DNA of 64,000 nucleotides from contig JAFGAV010000084.1 in NCBI GenBank assembly GCA_016933515.1, positions 3,072-67,071 on the forward strand, in the 5' to 3' direction. The notes beneath the pieces are model-generated. The model was not told the origin of the DNA. It saw only the letters and a list, made by a program, of their open reading frames with translations, and ran no database searches. The position numbers were made by a program, and so were the translations under genes. The stretch's first letter is position 1; the number at the start of each line of letters is the position of its first letter. Below are positions 47,586 through 57,238 of this stretch, piece by piece. The stretch is from Candidatus Aminicenantes bacterium (lineage in GTDB: Bacteria > Acidobacteriota > Aminicenantia > Aminicenantales > JAFGAV01).

Positions 47586-47615
47586 TTGCGGTTTCGGCTC
47601 CTCCTTTGCTATAGT
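47586..47615 (+). promoter_or_regulatory. Candidate sigma70 promoter for tRNA-Arg
   Basis: TTGCGG, 18 nt, TATAGT, 45 nt upstream of the tRNA 5' end. Confidence 0.3.
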
Positions 47616-47660
47616 GAGGCCGATCGCCGGGCGGGCGAAAGCGTCCGCCGTTCCCCAGGC

Positions 47661-47737
47661 GGCCCTGTAGCTCAGGCGGATAGAGCAACGGATTCCTAAT
47701 CCGTTTGTCGCCGGTTCGAGTCCGGCCAGGGCCTCCA
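47661..47737 (+). tRNA. tRNA-Arg (anticodon CCT), CCA encoded
   Basis: Hand-folded cloverleaf. Acceptor GGCCCTG/CAGGGCC, D-arm GCTC..GAGC, anticodon stem ACGGA/TCCGT with loop TTCCTAA, and T-arm GCCGG-TTCGAGT-CCGGC. Confidence 0.9.
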
Positions 47738-47783
47738 CGCTTTCACCGCGCCGGACGGGAGTTTCCGGATCGGGAATACGGTC

Positions 47784-48254
47784 ATGGACGAAAGAGACGA
47801 AGTCGAACGGTTTCAACGCGAGCTCCAGGAGCAAATCCTGGAGGATCTGCGCCGGACCTACAGCCCCGTGGCCATCGATCATTGGATGCACCCGCGGAAT
47901 TTTCGGAGTCTTGAAGACCCGGACGGGTATGCCCGGGTGCAAGGGTCCTGCGGGGACACCATGGAGATGTTCCTTCGGGTCCGGGACGGCCGGATCCTCG
48001 AATGCGGATTTCAGACCGACGGCTGCGGACCGACGATCATCTGCGGCAGCGTGGTCACGGAGTTGGCCGCGGGCAAGACGTTCGTCGAAGCCTTGGCGAC
48101 GGTCAGCACTTCCGAAATCCTGCGGATCGTGGGCGGCCTTCCCGAATCGCACCTTCACTGCGCCCGGCTCGCGTCCGAGACGATGCGCCGGGCCTTGGCC
48201 GATTACCAATACCACCAACAGGCGCCCTGGGGGAAAAAGTACAGAAAAACTTGA
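47784..48254 (+). CDS. IscU/NifU-N-like iron-sulfur cluster scaffold
   Basis: Three conserved Cys contexts: GSCGDTM, DGCGPTIICGS and LHCARLA. Confidence 0.85.
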   Translation: MDERDEVERFQRELQEQILEDLRRTYSPVAIDHWMHPRNFRSLEDPDGYARVQGSCGDTMEMFLRVRDGRILECGFQTDGCGPTIICGSVVTELAAGKTFVEALATVSTSEILRIVGGLPESHLHCARLASETMRRALADYQYHQQAPWGKKYRKT

Positions 48255-48257
48255 CGG

Positions 48258-48842
48258 TCAGGATTTCAGGCTGCGGCTGCCGGGCTTGACCGCGACGCTT
48301 CCCGCCCGACAGAGAGGACAATCGGAGGGGTCATAGTTCACGATGTCCATCTGAATGAGCGAAAAATAGGGAACGTCGAAGAGGGCGCGTCCGGAACTCC
48401 TGTCCACGACGGCCGTGACGGCCACAACCACGGCCCCCGCTTCCCGGGCGACCCCGATGACTTCCGAGACCGAGCCGCCGGTCGTCGTTACGTCCTCGGC
48501 CACGAGAACGCGCTCTCCCGCCGAAAGCTCGAATCCTCGGCGCAAGACCATCCGTCCCTCGACCCGCTCGGTGAAAATCGCCCGGGCGGGAAGGAGGCGG
48601 GCCACTTCCTGGCCGAAGACGATGCCCCCGACGGCGGGCGAGACGACGACATCGATGTTCTCTCCCTTAAAATGATCAGCGATCTCCCGAGCCAGGGATT
48701 CGGCGTGGTGAGGGTGCTGGAACACTCTGGCGCACTGGAAGTAAGTCCCGCTGTGCAGACCCGAGGTCAGGATGAAGTGGCCTTCCAAAAGGGCGCCTGT
48801 TTCCTTGAAGATTTTCAGGATTGCGTCTTTTTCGAGAGCCAT
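48258..48842 (-). CDS. pyrE: Orotate phosphoribosyltransferase
   Basis: PRPP-binding motif VLVAEDVTTTGGS; 194 aa. Confidence 0.9.
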   Translation of the reverse strand: MALEKDAILKIFKETGALLEGHFILTSGLHSGTYFQCARVFQHPHHAESLAREIADHFKGENIDVVVSPAVGGIVFGQEVARLLPARAIFTERVEGRMVLRRGFELSAGERVLVAEDVTTTGGSVSEVIGVAREAGAVVVAVTAVVDRSSGRALFDVPYFSLIQMDIVNYDPSDCPLCRAGSVAVKPGSRSLKS

Positions 48843-49070
48843 GGAAGATCCTCCGTGTTTTCGGACAGTTTACCACAGTCCGATTGTTTCCGGGAGGACA
48901 GGGATTGGATGTGGACGATCTCCGCCTCCCGCCTGATTCTCCGGAGGAGCGAGGGGTTGCGGGCGCTTTGGTGGAAAGACAACAGCCGAGCGTCGCCCGC
49001 CGCTCGGACGAAGCGATCGACGGAATTTTTTGCCCTGTCAAACCGTGTCGTCTTTCCGCCCTCTTATGGT

Positions 49071-49805
49071 ATGCTTTCGGCTATGGGCGTTGTGTCCAGC
49101 CGGGTCCGGAAATCGAAAATCGCCTCCGCGGTCGTGCGGTTGGAAAACGTCAGCCGGGTCTATGGGTCCGGCGGCGGCGCGACTCACGCCCTGCGGGACG
49201 TCACCCTGGATATCGGGGCCGGAGCGTTCGTCAAGGTCGTGGGAACGTCCGGATCGGGAAAGACCACCCTGCTCAACATCATCGGCGGATTGGACACGTC
49301 CTACGCCGGCCGGGCTGTCGTGGCCGGCCGGGACCTCCGGGCGCTCAACGACAAGGCGCTCAGCCGTTTCCGAAACAGGACGGTGGGTTTCGTGTTCCAG
49401 CATTTCCATCTCCTCGACCATCTGGACGCCCTGCAGAACGTGGCCCTGGCGTCCTTTTTCTCCGGACGGGAGGAGGACTCTCGGCAGCGGGCCGAGGAGG
49501 TTCTGGCCCGTGTCGGTCTGAAGGACAAGATGCGCCAGCTGCCGGGCCAGCTTTCGGGGGGGCAGAAGCAGAGGGTGGCCATCGCCCGCGCTCTCTACAA
49601 CCGGCCGGCCCTCATCCTGGCCGACGAGCCCACCGGGAACCTCGACACCAGGACGAGCGGCCAGATCATCGGCCTCTTCGAGCGCCTCAACGCAGAGGAC
49701 GGCATCACCGTTGTGGCGGTCACCCACGAAGACCACTTGTTTCGCCGCGCGACGCGCGGCGTGCGTCTTGAGGACGGCCGGGTCGTGGAGGGCAGGGAGG
49801 CATGA
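49071..49805 (+). CDS. ABC transporter ATP-binding protein (MacB/LolD type)
   Basis: Walker A GTSGSGKTT, signature LSGGQKQR, and Walker B LILADEPTGNLD. Start at MLSAMGV within a longer track ORF. Confidence 0.88.
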   Translation: MLSAMGVVSSRVRKSKIASAVVRLENVSRVYGSGGGATHALRDVTLDIGAGAFVKVVGTSGSGKTTLLNIIGGLDTSYAGRAVVAGRDLRALNDKALSRFRNRTVGFVFQHFHLLDHLDALQNVALASFFSGREEDSRQRAEEVLARVGLKDKMRQLPGQLSGGQKQRVAIARALYNRPALILADEPTGNLDTRTSGQIIGLFERLNAEDGITVVAVTHEDHLFRRATRGVRLEDGRVVEGREA

Positions 49806-51160
49806 ATTTCTCAAGCCTCGGACGTTTCGTCGGCCAGGACCTCCGCCGCAACCGGAGGAATTTCGTTTTCGCCGTCGTCGGCATCGTGGTCGGCATCTCG
49901 AGCTTCGTCTTTTTCATCGGCTTGGGCAGCGGCATTCAACGCGTGGTTTCCACGGAGATCTTTCCCCTGGAGGCCAACCGCATCCGGGTCGTGCCGCGCA
50001 TGATGCAGTTCGACGACGCCGCGAGCGGCCGGGTCATCGATGCGGCGGCCCTCGGGGAATTCTCCCGGATTCCGGGCGTCGCGGCCGTCTATCCGAGGAT
50101 GAAGCTCGCCGTGCCTTCCACCATGGCCATGGTCGGAAGCCGCATCGACCCTGAGGAGATCGAGAGAATCTCCCGCATGCCCGGCGTGCGGCCGGAGTGG
50201 CTCGTGGCCGTCAGAGATTTCAACTCCTGGCTGGAAATCATGGCCGACGGCCTCGACCCGCGGCTGGTCGAGAACGACGCCGTGTTCGGCGAGTTTCGTG
50301 ACCCCGATCCCGGCCGGCCTGTGCCCATTCTGCTTTCCAAGCGCCTGGTCGAGCTTTACAACTCCGGCTTCGCCCGGACCCGGAACCTGCCCCCGGTCAA
50401 CGACATCCTGATCCCTTATCTTCCCGCCCTGCCCTTGACGGTCAACGATTCGTTCGTCTCCGACGCCCAGGTCCGGGGCGACAAGGTTCCTCTCCAAGTC
50501 CGTTTGGTGGGGACGAGCCATCATGCCCTGCTGGGCGGGATCTCCATGCCGTTGGAGACGGTGCGGAAGCTCAATCGCGCCCTGCGGGGAGAGCGGGCCG
50601 CCGATGCGTACGACATGGCCGTCCTGGAGGCGGAATCCTCGGCCCGTTTGACCTCGATCCAGGAGGCGGTACGGGCCCTGGGTTTCGGGATCGACACCGG
50701 CCAGCAGCGCATGGCCGAAAGCGTCGGTTTCGTCGTGACGCTCGTCACCCTCGGATTCACGCTCATCAGCCTGGTCATCGTCGCTCTGGCGGCGGTCAAC
50801 ATCGCCCATACCTTTTTCATGATCATTTCCGAAAGACGGCGGGAGATCGGCCTCCTGCGTGCCGTGGGGGCCACGCGACGCGACATCCGGGTTGTCTTCC
50901 TGGGAGAGGCGGCGCTCGTGGGCGGACTGGGCGGCGCGGCGGGCGTGGCCTTGGGAACGGCGGCCTGCCTGGCCGTCGACTGGCTGGCCGTCCGCCTCCT
51001 GCCCGAATTTCCCTTCAAGCCCGATCGCTTTTTCGGCTATCCGTGGTGGATGCCGGTCGGAGGCATCCTCATCGCGGTCTTGTTTTGCGTCGCCGGGGCT
51101 TTCCCTCCTTCCCGCCGGGCGTCCGGCCTCGATCCGGCCAGCACCCTCACCGGACGCTGA
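49802..51160 (+). CDS. ABC transporter permease (FtsX/MacB-like, large periplasmic domain)
   Basis: TM1, a periplasmic domain of about 250 aa, then an FtsX-type 3-TM bundle (ERRREIGLLRAVGATRRDI). Overlaps the ATPase stop. Confidence 0.85.
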   Translation: MNFSSLGRFVGQDLRRNRRNFVFAVVGIVVGISSFVFFIGLGSGIQRVVSTEIFPLEANRIRVVPRMMQFDDAASGRVIDAAALGEFSRIPGVAAVYPRMKLAVPSTMAMVGSRIDPEEIERISRMPGVRPEWLVAVRDFNSWLEIMADGLDPRLVENDAVFGEFRDPDPGRPVPILLSKRLVELYNSGFARTRNLPPVNDILIPYLPALPLTVNDSFVSDAQVRGDKVPLQVRLVGTSHHALLGGISMPLETVRKLNRALRGERAADAYDMAVLEAESSARLTSIQEAVRALGFGIDTGQQRMAESVGFVVTLVTLGFTLISLVIVALAAVNIAHTFFMIISERRREIGLLRAVGATRRDIRVVFLGEAALVGGLGGAAGVALGTAACLAVDWLAVRLLPEFPFKPDRFFGYPWWMPVGGILIAVLFCVAGAFPPSRRASGLDPASTLTGR

Positions 51161-51188
51161 GAAGGAACGGACGTTCGAGGGAGGAGGA

Positions 51189-52145
51189 TCAAAGCACGAT
51201 GTTCTTTTCCCGCAGCCAGTCGTCGTTGAAGATCGTGCTCAGATAGCGTCCGGCCGAATCGGGGAAGATGGTAACGATGCGGGCCGGACGGTCCAGTGTT
51301 TTCGCCAGTTCGAGCACGGCCCAGGCCGCCGCGCCGCTCGATCCGCCGGCCAGCACTCCTTCCGTCCGGACCAGATGCCGCGTCATGGCGAACGAGTTCC
51401 GATCGGCGACCCGGATCATGTCGTCCATGACGCTGAAGTCCACGCAGCCGATGAGGAATTCGTCCCCCAGGCCTTCCAGGAGATAGGGGGAAGGCTTGAT
51501 GAGCCGGCGGGAATAGAAGTAGTCGTAAAAGATCGATCCCACGGGATCGACTCCCACGACGCGGATTCGCGGATCTTTTTCCTTGAGGTACTTCGCCGCG
51601 CCGCACAGAGTTCCGCCCGTCCCCACCCCGGCCACGAAGAAATCGATCCGACCCTCCATCTGTTCCCAGATTTCCGGGCCGGTCGTCCGGTAATGGCATT
51701 CATTGTTGTCTCTGTTGTTGTGCTGGTCGAGGTAGTAGCCGCCGGGCGTTTCGCGGGCGACGCGGGGCGTGATGTTGTTGTAGGAGTCGGGAGATTCGGG
51801 GGGGAGGGTGTGGTCGACGAACACGAGCTCGACCCCCAGGGCTCTGAGGAACTTGATCTTTTCCGGGCTGAGGCTGTCCCGGACGACCATCTTGATTTTG
51901 TAGCCCTTGACGGCGCCGACCATGGCCAGACCCAGGGCGGTGTTGCCCGAAGAGTTGTCGACGATCGTGTCGCCGGGCTTCAGACGGCCCTCGCTCTCGG
52001 CTTTCTCGATCATGTACTTGGCGATGCGGTCCTTGACGCTGCCCATAGGGTTGAGAAATTCGATTTTAGCGAACAATGCGGCCGAGAGGCCGCGGCCGAG
52101 ACGTTCCAGGCGCAGAAGAGGCGTCCGGCCGACGCCGTCGAGCAT
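51189..52145 (-). CDS. PLP-dependent cysteine synthase / cystathionine beta-synthase family enzyme
   Basis: PLP-lysine motif NPMGSVKDR and glycine loop GVGTGGTLCG; 318 aa. Confidence 0.85.
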   Translation of the reverse strand: MLDGVGRTPLLRLERLGRGLSAALFAKIEFLNPMGSVKDRIAKYMIEKAESEGRLKPGDTIVDNSSGNTALGLAMVGAVKGYKIKMVVRDSLSPEKIKFLRALGVELVFVDHTLPPESPDSYNNITPRVARETPGGYYLDQHNNRDNNECHYRTTGPEIWEQMEGRIDFFVAGVGTGGTLCGAAKYLKEKDPRIRVVGVDPVGSIFYDYFYSRRLIKPSPYLLEGLGDEFLIGCVDFSVMDDMIRVADRNSFAMTRHLVRTEGVLAGGSSGAAAWAVLELAKTLDRPARIVTIFPDSAGRYLSTIFNDDWLREKNIVL

Positions 52146-52167
52146 GGTCGCGTAGATGTTCAGGGAA

Positions 52168-52377
52168 TTACGCTTTCGGTTTTCGGATCGTCGAGAATTT
52201 GAAAGGCACGTAGAGGGGGCAGAAACGGATCAGGCTGGTGACGAGAAAAACGACTCCCAGCGCGCCGAAAATCCAGGCCAGTGTTCCATGGAGGATTTCG
52301 GTCCAGATCAGAACGGCGATCACGACGGCCGAAATCGTGCGGATCAACCTGTCGGTTTTTCCCATGTTGGCTTTCAT
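52168..52377 (-). CDS. DUF2892 (YgaP-like) small membrane protein
   Basis: MGKTDRLIRTISAVVIAVL ... LIRFCPLY is typical of DUF2892. Start chosen after the AAGGAG ribosome-binding site; it is upstream of and co-oriented with the cysteine synthase gene. Confidence 0.6.
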   Translation of the reverse strand: MKANMGKTDRLIRTISAVVIAVLIWTEILHGTLAWIFGALGVVFLVTSLIRFCPLYVPFKFSTIRKPKA

Positions 52378-52532
52378 CTGAGGACTCCTTAGGTGGGATA
52401 AAAACAAAATGATAAACAAATTCGCCGTCTCTGGCAAGAGGACGGCCGGGAGAGGCCGCTCCTGCCGGCCGCGGATTTGACGGTCGTCGGGCCTTGTGAT
52501 AAGAAGACGCGAAGACAGGACAACGCTCGACC

Positions 52533-53459
52533 ATGAAGGCGGAAACGGAGCGGGGAAAAGAGCACATCGTCCTGGTCAATCCTTTCTACGCCAACAGCGT
52601 TCTCCTCCAGGGCCTGGTCGATTATCTCAATGATCATTTCCACGTCCACTTCATCGACCTGCCGGGTTTCTCCCTGGCCGCGCCGCCCGTGGAAGACGTC
52701 AGCCTGGAGAGTTTCTGCCGCTACGTGGAGGACACGATCGATCGCCTCGGCCTCGAGCATTACATCCTGGCGGGCATTTCCTTCGGCTACACGATCGTCA
52801 GCCGTCTGCGCCGGGATCAGAGATGCAAAGGCGTGGTGGCCATTTTCCCCTTTCTGGGCGGGAAATCCCTGAACCTTACGCGCAAGAAAAAACTGTTCTA
52901 CGTCCTGTTGGTGAGCGTTTTCGACGCCTTCGGGCTTTCCGCCCGGATGTGGCGCACGCGTCTGCTCCGGAGGTTCGCTTTCTGGTACAGCTCCTACCCT
53001 CCGGAAAGAGTCCAAATCATCCTGGACCACATGGATGGGCGGACGTTCTTCGCCGTGAGCCGGATCATTCTCCGCCGCCGTCACGAGATGTGTTTTCAAG
53101 ACCACCCTCATGTCCTGATCCTGAATCCCGAGGATGCGACGATCCGCTACGATTACGCCCTGCGGGCGTTCTCTGAAAACGTCCGGGAGCTCTTCGTCGT
53201 CCACACCAGCCTGGAACATTATCCGGTCAATCCGGACAAGGGGCATTTCGGCAAGCATTTGCGGGCGGACGACCTGCAGCGCATGGTGGATTTCCTGAAC
53301 GAGCGCCGCGGCGCCGGGCGTGGCCGTCCATTGGCTTCGGCCGATGTTTGTGATACATTCCCGCCCGGCCCGTTCGATCGTCCCGAAAAGAACGGATTTT
53401 CGATGTGGCAAGGAGCCGGACATGAAGAGAACGGAGAGAAAACACCTCAAGGAAGATGA
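52533..53459 (+). CDS. Alpha/beta-hydrolase-fold protein
   Basis: Nucleophile elbow GISFG after a beta-strand (HYILAGISFGY). The 3' end overlaps the next gene, so the C-terminal tail is uncertain. Confidence 0.55.
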   Translation: MKAETERGKEHIVLVNPFYANSVLLQGLVDYLNDHFHVHFIDLPGFSLAAPPVEDVSLESFCRYVEDTIDRLGLEHYILAGISFGYTIVSRLRRDQRCKGVVAIFPFLGGKSLNLTRKKKLFYVLLVSVFDAFGLSARMWRTRLLRRFAFWYSSYPPERVQIILDHMDGRTFFAVSRIILRRRHEMCFQDHPHVLILNPEDATIRYDYALRAFSENVRELFVVHTSLEHYPVNPDKGHFGKHLRADDLQRMVDFLNERRGAGRGRPLASADVCDTFPPGPFDRPEKNGFSMWQGAGHEENGEKTPQGR

Positions 53460-54069
53460 ATTCGCCTCCGGGCTTCAAAGAATTTACCGTTTCCTGGACG
53501 CCTACAAGATGTGGATCATCGCCGTCGCCGGAATCGCCGCGGCGGGGGTGTTGATCTTCCTCGGCGTCCGGTTTCTTCAGGATCGGGCTTTGGAAAGACG
53601 GGGCCGGATCGAGACCGAAATCCTGGAGCTCTTCCGGGACATCGACAAGAATCCGGAAAGCGTCGCCCGTCTTGAGGCGTGGACCGCGAAAGGCCGGACC
53701 GGTCGTCTGGCCGCGGTGCTTTTGGCCGGGCACTGGATCGAGAAAGGTGATTTGGATAAGGCGGAAGCGGTCCTTTCCCCCGCGGCCGAAGGGCCCAAGG
53801 ATTTTCTGCACTACCGAGTCCGCGACATCCTGGGGCAGATTAGCTACCGCCGCGGGGATTACGACCAGGCGATCGAGATCTACAGATCCCTTCAAGCCGA
53901 GAATCCCCGGGATTACGTCCTGGACGTCGTTCTCTTCCGTCTCGCCGAAGCTCTGGAGAAAAAAGGCCAGAATTCGGAAGCGCTGGAGCTTTATAAGACC
54001 GTGCGCGATGACTATATCGAGGGGGCCTTCAGCCAGCAGGCCGCCCAGAAAGTCCGGGAACTGGAATGA
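53422..54069 (+). CDS. Membrane-anchored tetratricopeptide-repeat protein (YfgM-like)
   Basis: N-terminus MKRTERKHLKEDEF, a single TM (WIIAVAGIAAAGVLIFLGV), and TPR-like helical repeats. Confidence 0.6.
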   Translation: MKRTERKHLKEDEFASGLQRIYRFLDAYKMWIIAVAGIAAAGVLIFLGVRFLQDRALERRGRIETEILELFRDIDKNPESVARLEAWTAKGRTGRLAAVLLAGHWIEKGDLDKAEAVLSPAAEGPKDFLHYRVRDILGQISYRRGDYDQAIEIYRSLQAENPRDYVLDVVLFRLAEALEKKGQNSEALELYKTVRDDYIEGAFSQQAAQKVRELE

Positions 54070-54116
54070 GCCGCGGTTGAAAAGGCCATGAGGGACGCCG
54101 CCCGCGCGTCCGGCGG

Positions 54117-54145
54117 TTGACCTTCGGCGTCTCTTCCGGTATCAT
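54117..54145 (+). promoter_or_regulatory. Candidate sigma70 promoter for tRNA-Ala
   Basis: TTGACC, 17 nt, TATCAT, with the -10 ending 16 nt before the tRNA 5' end. Confidence 0.5.
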
Positions 54146-54161
54146 GCTCCCGCCTCTCGGT

Positions 54162-54237
54162 GGGGCTGTAGCTCAGTTGGGAGAGTGCTTGACTGGCAGT
54201 CAAGAGGTCGCCGGTTCGATCCCGGTCAGCTCCACCA
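54162..54237 (+). tRNA. tRNA-Ala (anticodon GGC), CCA encoded
   Basis: Hand-folded cloverleaf. Acceptor GGGGCTG/CAGCTCC with the G3:U70 alanine identity pair, anticodon stem CTTGA/TCAAG with loop CTGGCAG, and T-loop TTCGATC. Confidence 0.92.
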
Positions 54238-54289
54238 TTCCTCAACGATCCGCGAGCGCCCCCCCGACGGCTCCGAAAGAAAGAGACTC

Positions 54290-54796
54290 TTGAGCCTGTC
54301 CGATCGAGGTCTTAAGCATCGGCGGTTTTTGCTGGCCGCCCTGCTTTTCGTTCCGGCCTTCCTCTCATCGGCCTGCACAATGGAAACGCCCGCTCAGCCC
54401 GTCGTCCCTCCCGTTCCGCCGGCGCCCGCCGAAACCGAGCTTTACGCCGACGCGGTCAACGGAAACGACGGCTCGGGAGACGGCTCGTCCTCCAATCCTT
54501 TCCGGACGATCGGCGCGGCCCTGCAGAACAGCTCCTCGGGAATGACCGTCATCGTCAATCCCGGAGTGTACGATGCCGCTTTGGGGGAGAGCTTTCCGCT
54601 CCTCCTCCGCGAGGGAGTCACGCTCCGGGGCGTCGACGCCGGCCAAGTGACCGTCGACGGAACGGGCGCGGATTTTGTCTTTGAGGATGCCGCTCAAAGC
54701 CGGGTCGAAAGCCTGACCATCCGGGGAGGAAGGCGGGCGGGGGTGATTCTCCGGAACGATTCCACGCTTGCTTCAGGCGCGGTACGGCATCGATGA
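54290..54796 (+). CDS. DUF1565/right-handed beta-helix-like lipoprotein, probably truncated or frameshifted
   Basis: TTG start, lipobox FLSSAC, and the typical YADAVNGNDGSGDGSSSNPFRTIGAAL N-terminus. The frame ends at 54796 while the C-terminal-type sequence (AVGNTWDDPQPQG) continues in another frame from about 54768. Confidence 0.5.
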   Translation: MSLSDRGLKHRRFLLAALLFVPAFLSSACTMETPAQPVVPPVPPAPAETELYADAVNGNDGSGDGSSSNPFRTIGAALQNSSSGMTVIVNPGVYDAALGESFPLLLREGVTLRGVDAGQVTVDGTGADFVFEDAAQSRVESLTIRGGRRAGVILRNDSTLASGAVRHR

Positions 54797-55048
54797 CGCC
54801 CGGAGCCCGAACCGGGGGCAGATCTCCGCCGTGGGCAACACCTGGGACGATCCTCAGCCCCAGGGAACGATTTTCGGACCGGCGGAGTGGCGGCCGGTTT
54901 ACTTCATCAAAGAAGCCGGAAACAGCATCAAATTTTCGGACGGAAACTCCCGGACCGCGATGTGCGGCGGTCGGCACGGCGGGCATCGCCAACGGCATCG
55001 TCCGCCAGCCGAACAGCAGTCCCGGAGACAGGCCGGTCGACGGAGACT

Positions 55049-56398
55049 CTATTTTCTCCGCGCCAGAAGCTTCTCGATGTCCTCGACCTCCTTGGGGACG
55101 TCGGCCGAAAGGACCTCGCATCCGTCCCGGGTGATGAGAACGGTCTCCTCGATGCGGATGCCCAAATTCTTTTGCGGGTCGTACAAGCCGGGTTCGATGG
55201 CGAACACCATGCCTTCCTGAAGGGGAAGTCCCCGCGGCCCCACGTCGTGGACGCACAATCCGACGTAATGGCCGATCCCGCCGGTCAGGCCCCGGCCGTC
55301 CACGCCGCGCGCATTCAGGACCCGGTCGACATGGTCCTTCACCTGGGCGTCGGTGACGCCGGGGCGGTAGGCTTCCAGGCAGGCGTTGAGAACGAGGAGG
55401 ACGATCTCATAGGCTTCCCGCTGTTCGGGAGTGAACCGCCCCGATACGGGCCAGGTCCGGGTGATGTCCATGCACAGGTAATCGAGGGTCGCCCCGAAAT
55501 CCATGAGCAGCAGGTCGCCGGCTTCGGCCTTTCGGTCGTTGCGCGCGTAGTGAAGGATGCAGGAATTCGGTCCGGACCCGACGATGGGCGGATACGCCGG
55601 TCCCCGGGCGCCGTGTTTGGCGATCCAGTGCAGGGCCGCGGCCTCGACTTCGTATTCGTAAACGCCCGGACCTGAAGCCAGCATGGCCCGCTTTACGGCT
55701 TCCGCGGACAGCCGGCCGTTCCTCCTCAGGATTTCGATTTCCTCCCGGCTCTTGATGAGCCGCAGGGCGTCGATGTGGGGCGTCACATCGCGGACGTCGA
55801 AGGAGGGATGGCGCTCGAGGAATTTTTTCAGGCGATGGCTGTCCAGAGACGGCAGGTCGTTGTAAGGATTGCGGTTCTTTCGGGCTTCGAACAGCAGCGT
55901 CTCGCCCCGGTCCGTGTCCAGAGTGTCGCGCGGCTGAAGACGAAACCAGGTGACCGCGAACCGGCTGCGGTTGCGGGCCACGAACTCATCGAAAAAGGAA
56001 AGGTCGTAAACGGCCGCCAGGCCGGAAGCGGCGAACCGCCGCTCGTCGGCCAAAAGATTCGCTCCCTCGTACATCATCTCCCGCGGAGTCTGGCGGGGCA
56101 GAAAGAGAGTCGTCTCGGCCGTGGGGGCGGCGATGACCAGGATGGCGTTTTCATCCTCCAGGCCGCTGAGGTAATAGAAGTCGTTGTCCTGGCGGAAAGC
56201 CGATCCGGGGTGGGGAAGAGGTTCGCCGAACAGGACGATCATCCCCTCCTTGACTCCGGCGGCCAGCGCATTGCGCCGGCGTTCGAATTCCTCACGTGAA
56301 TACCCCGTCCGCTGGGCGAGAGCGGCAAGAGGAATGAGGATCACTCCCGCCAGGACGGCGGCTGTCGTCCAACGCCGATACGTTTTTTTCATGGGCAT
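55049..56398 (-). CDS. pepP: Secreted Xaa-Pro aminopeptidase (M24B family)
   Basis: Signal peptide, an AMP_N-like N-domain, and M24 metal ligands (LLMDFGA, DITRTWPV, GIGHYVGLCVHD, FAIEPG, IRIEETV). Confidence 0.88.
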   Translation of the reverse strand: MPMKKTYRRWTTAAVLAGVILIPLAALAQRTGYSREEFERRRNALAAGVKEGMIVLFGEPLPHPGSAFRQDNDFYYLSGLEDENAILVIAAPTAETTLFLPRQTPREMMYEGANLLADERRFAASGLAAVYDLSFFDEFVARNRSRFAVTWFRLQPRDTLDTDRGETLLFEARKNRNPYNDLPSLDSHRLKKFLERHPSFDVRDVTPHIDALRLIKSREEIEILRRNGRLSAEAVKRAMLASGPGVYEYEVEAAALHWIAKHGARGPAYPPIVGSGPNSCILHYARNDRKAEAGDLLLMDFGATLDYLCMDITRTWPVSGRFTPEQREAYEIVLLVLNACLEAYRPGVTDAQVKDHVDRVLNARGVDGRGLTGGIGHYVGLCVHDVGPRGLPLQEGMVFAIEPGLYDPQKNLGIRIEETVLITRDGCEVLSADVPKEVEDIEKLLARRK

Positions 56399-56475
56399 TC
56401 TCCTTTTTTATTGGCTTTTTGGGGATAAAGAATCCGGTGCGCGGCGGGAAAGTCGGTGCGTCGTTCCGCCATCCT

Positions 56476-57213
56476 TCACTCCCGCAGGCAACGGAGCGTC
56501 TTCGGCTCGCGCTCGAGATGGAACGTGATGATTCCCTGAAGAACTCTGCCTACGGCGCGGAGCTCATCCTGCGAGCAAAGTGCCGGATTCTCCGCCGCGG
56601 GCGGAGGGTTTTTGAGCGCCCAGTCCAGAAAGCGCCCGAGCTCCGGCCCCGCGGCGTCTTTTCGGTAATCGGCGCAGTCCGTGCAGAGAAGGCCGTCCTT
56701 TTTCCCGGACAGAAATCCCCCGCCGTCGAGCGGCCGGCGGCAGCGGCGGCATTTGCGCACATCGGGCAGGAGGCCGTTGATCCGAAGAAACCAGGCTTCG
56801 AAATATCGGGCCAGCAGGGCCCTGTTTCCGCCTGCTTTCAACGCCCGCAGGGTGGCCAGCAAAAGGCGGAAAACGAGGTCCTCGCGGGACCGGGCGGGGA
56901 AAAACTCCTCGATGAGTTCGGCGAAATAGGCCAGCGTGGCCGCCGCGGCCGGGTCTTTCTGGGTTTCGAAGAACGACTCGATCAGGTCGCAGCCCGAAAC
57001 CGTCACCAGGTCCCGGCGTTCCTTTTCGTAGTAGAAAACCGTGACGAAAGTCAGCGGCTCGAGGAGGCTGCCGAAACGGTTGCCGAATTTTCGGGCGCCC
57101 TTGGCCACGCCGCGGACTAGCCCCTTGTCCCGGGAGAAGAAGGTGACGATTTTGTCCTGGTCGGCGAATGCCGCGCTCCTGAGGACGACGGCTTCGGTCT
57201 GGTCGCGGGGCAT
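56476..57213 (-). CDS. recO: DNA repair protein RecO
   Basis: N-terminal OB fold (EAVVLRSAAFADQDKIVTFFSRDKGLVRGVAKGARK) and a zinc-finger-like C-x2-C ... C-x2-C. Confidence 0.88.
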   Translation of the reverse strand: MPRDQTEAVVLRSAAFADQDKIVTFFSRDKGLVRGVAKGARKFGNRFGSLLEPLTFVTVFYYEKERRDLVTVSGCDLIESFFETQKDPAAAATLAYFAELIEEFFPARSREDLVFRLLLATLRALKAGGNRALLARYFEAWFLRINGLLPDVRKCRRCRRPLDGGGFLSGKKDGLLCTDCADYRKDAAGPELGRFLDWALKNPPPAAENPALCSQDELRAVGRVLQGIITFHLEREPKTLRCLRE

Positions 57214-57238
57214 TTCGGTTCCGCTTCCGGTTCTCGGG

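Noticed and set aside
54162-55048. Genomic island or integrated element at tRNA-Ala (and likewise at tRNA-Arg, 47661-47737)
   Set aside because: There is no integrase, transposase, phage gene or visible direct repeat of the tRNA 3' end downstream. The flanking genes are ordinary chromosomal genes.
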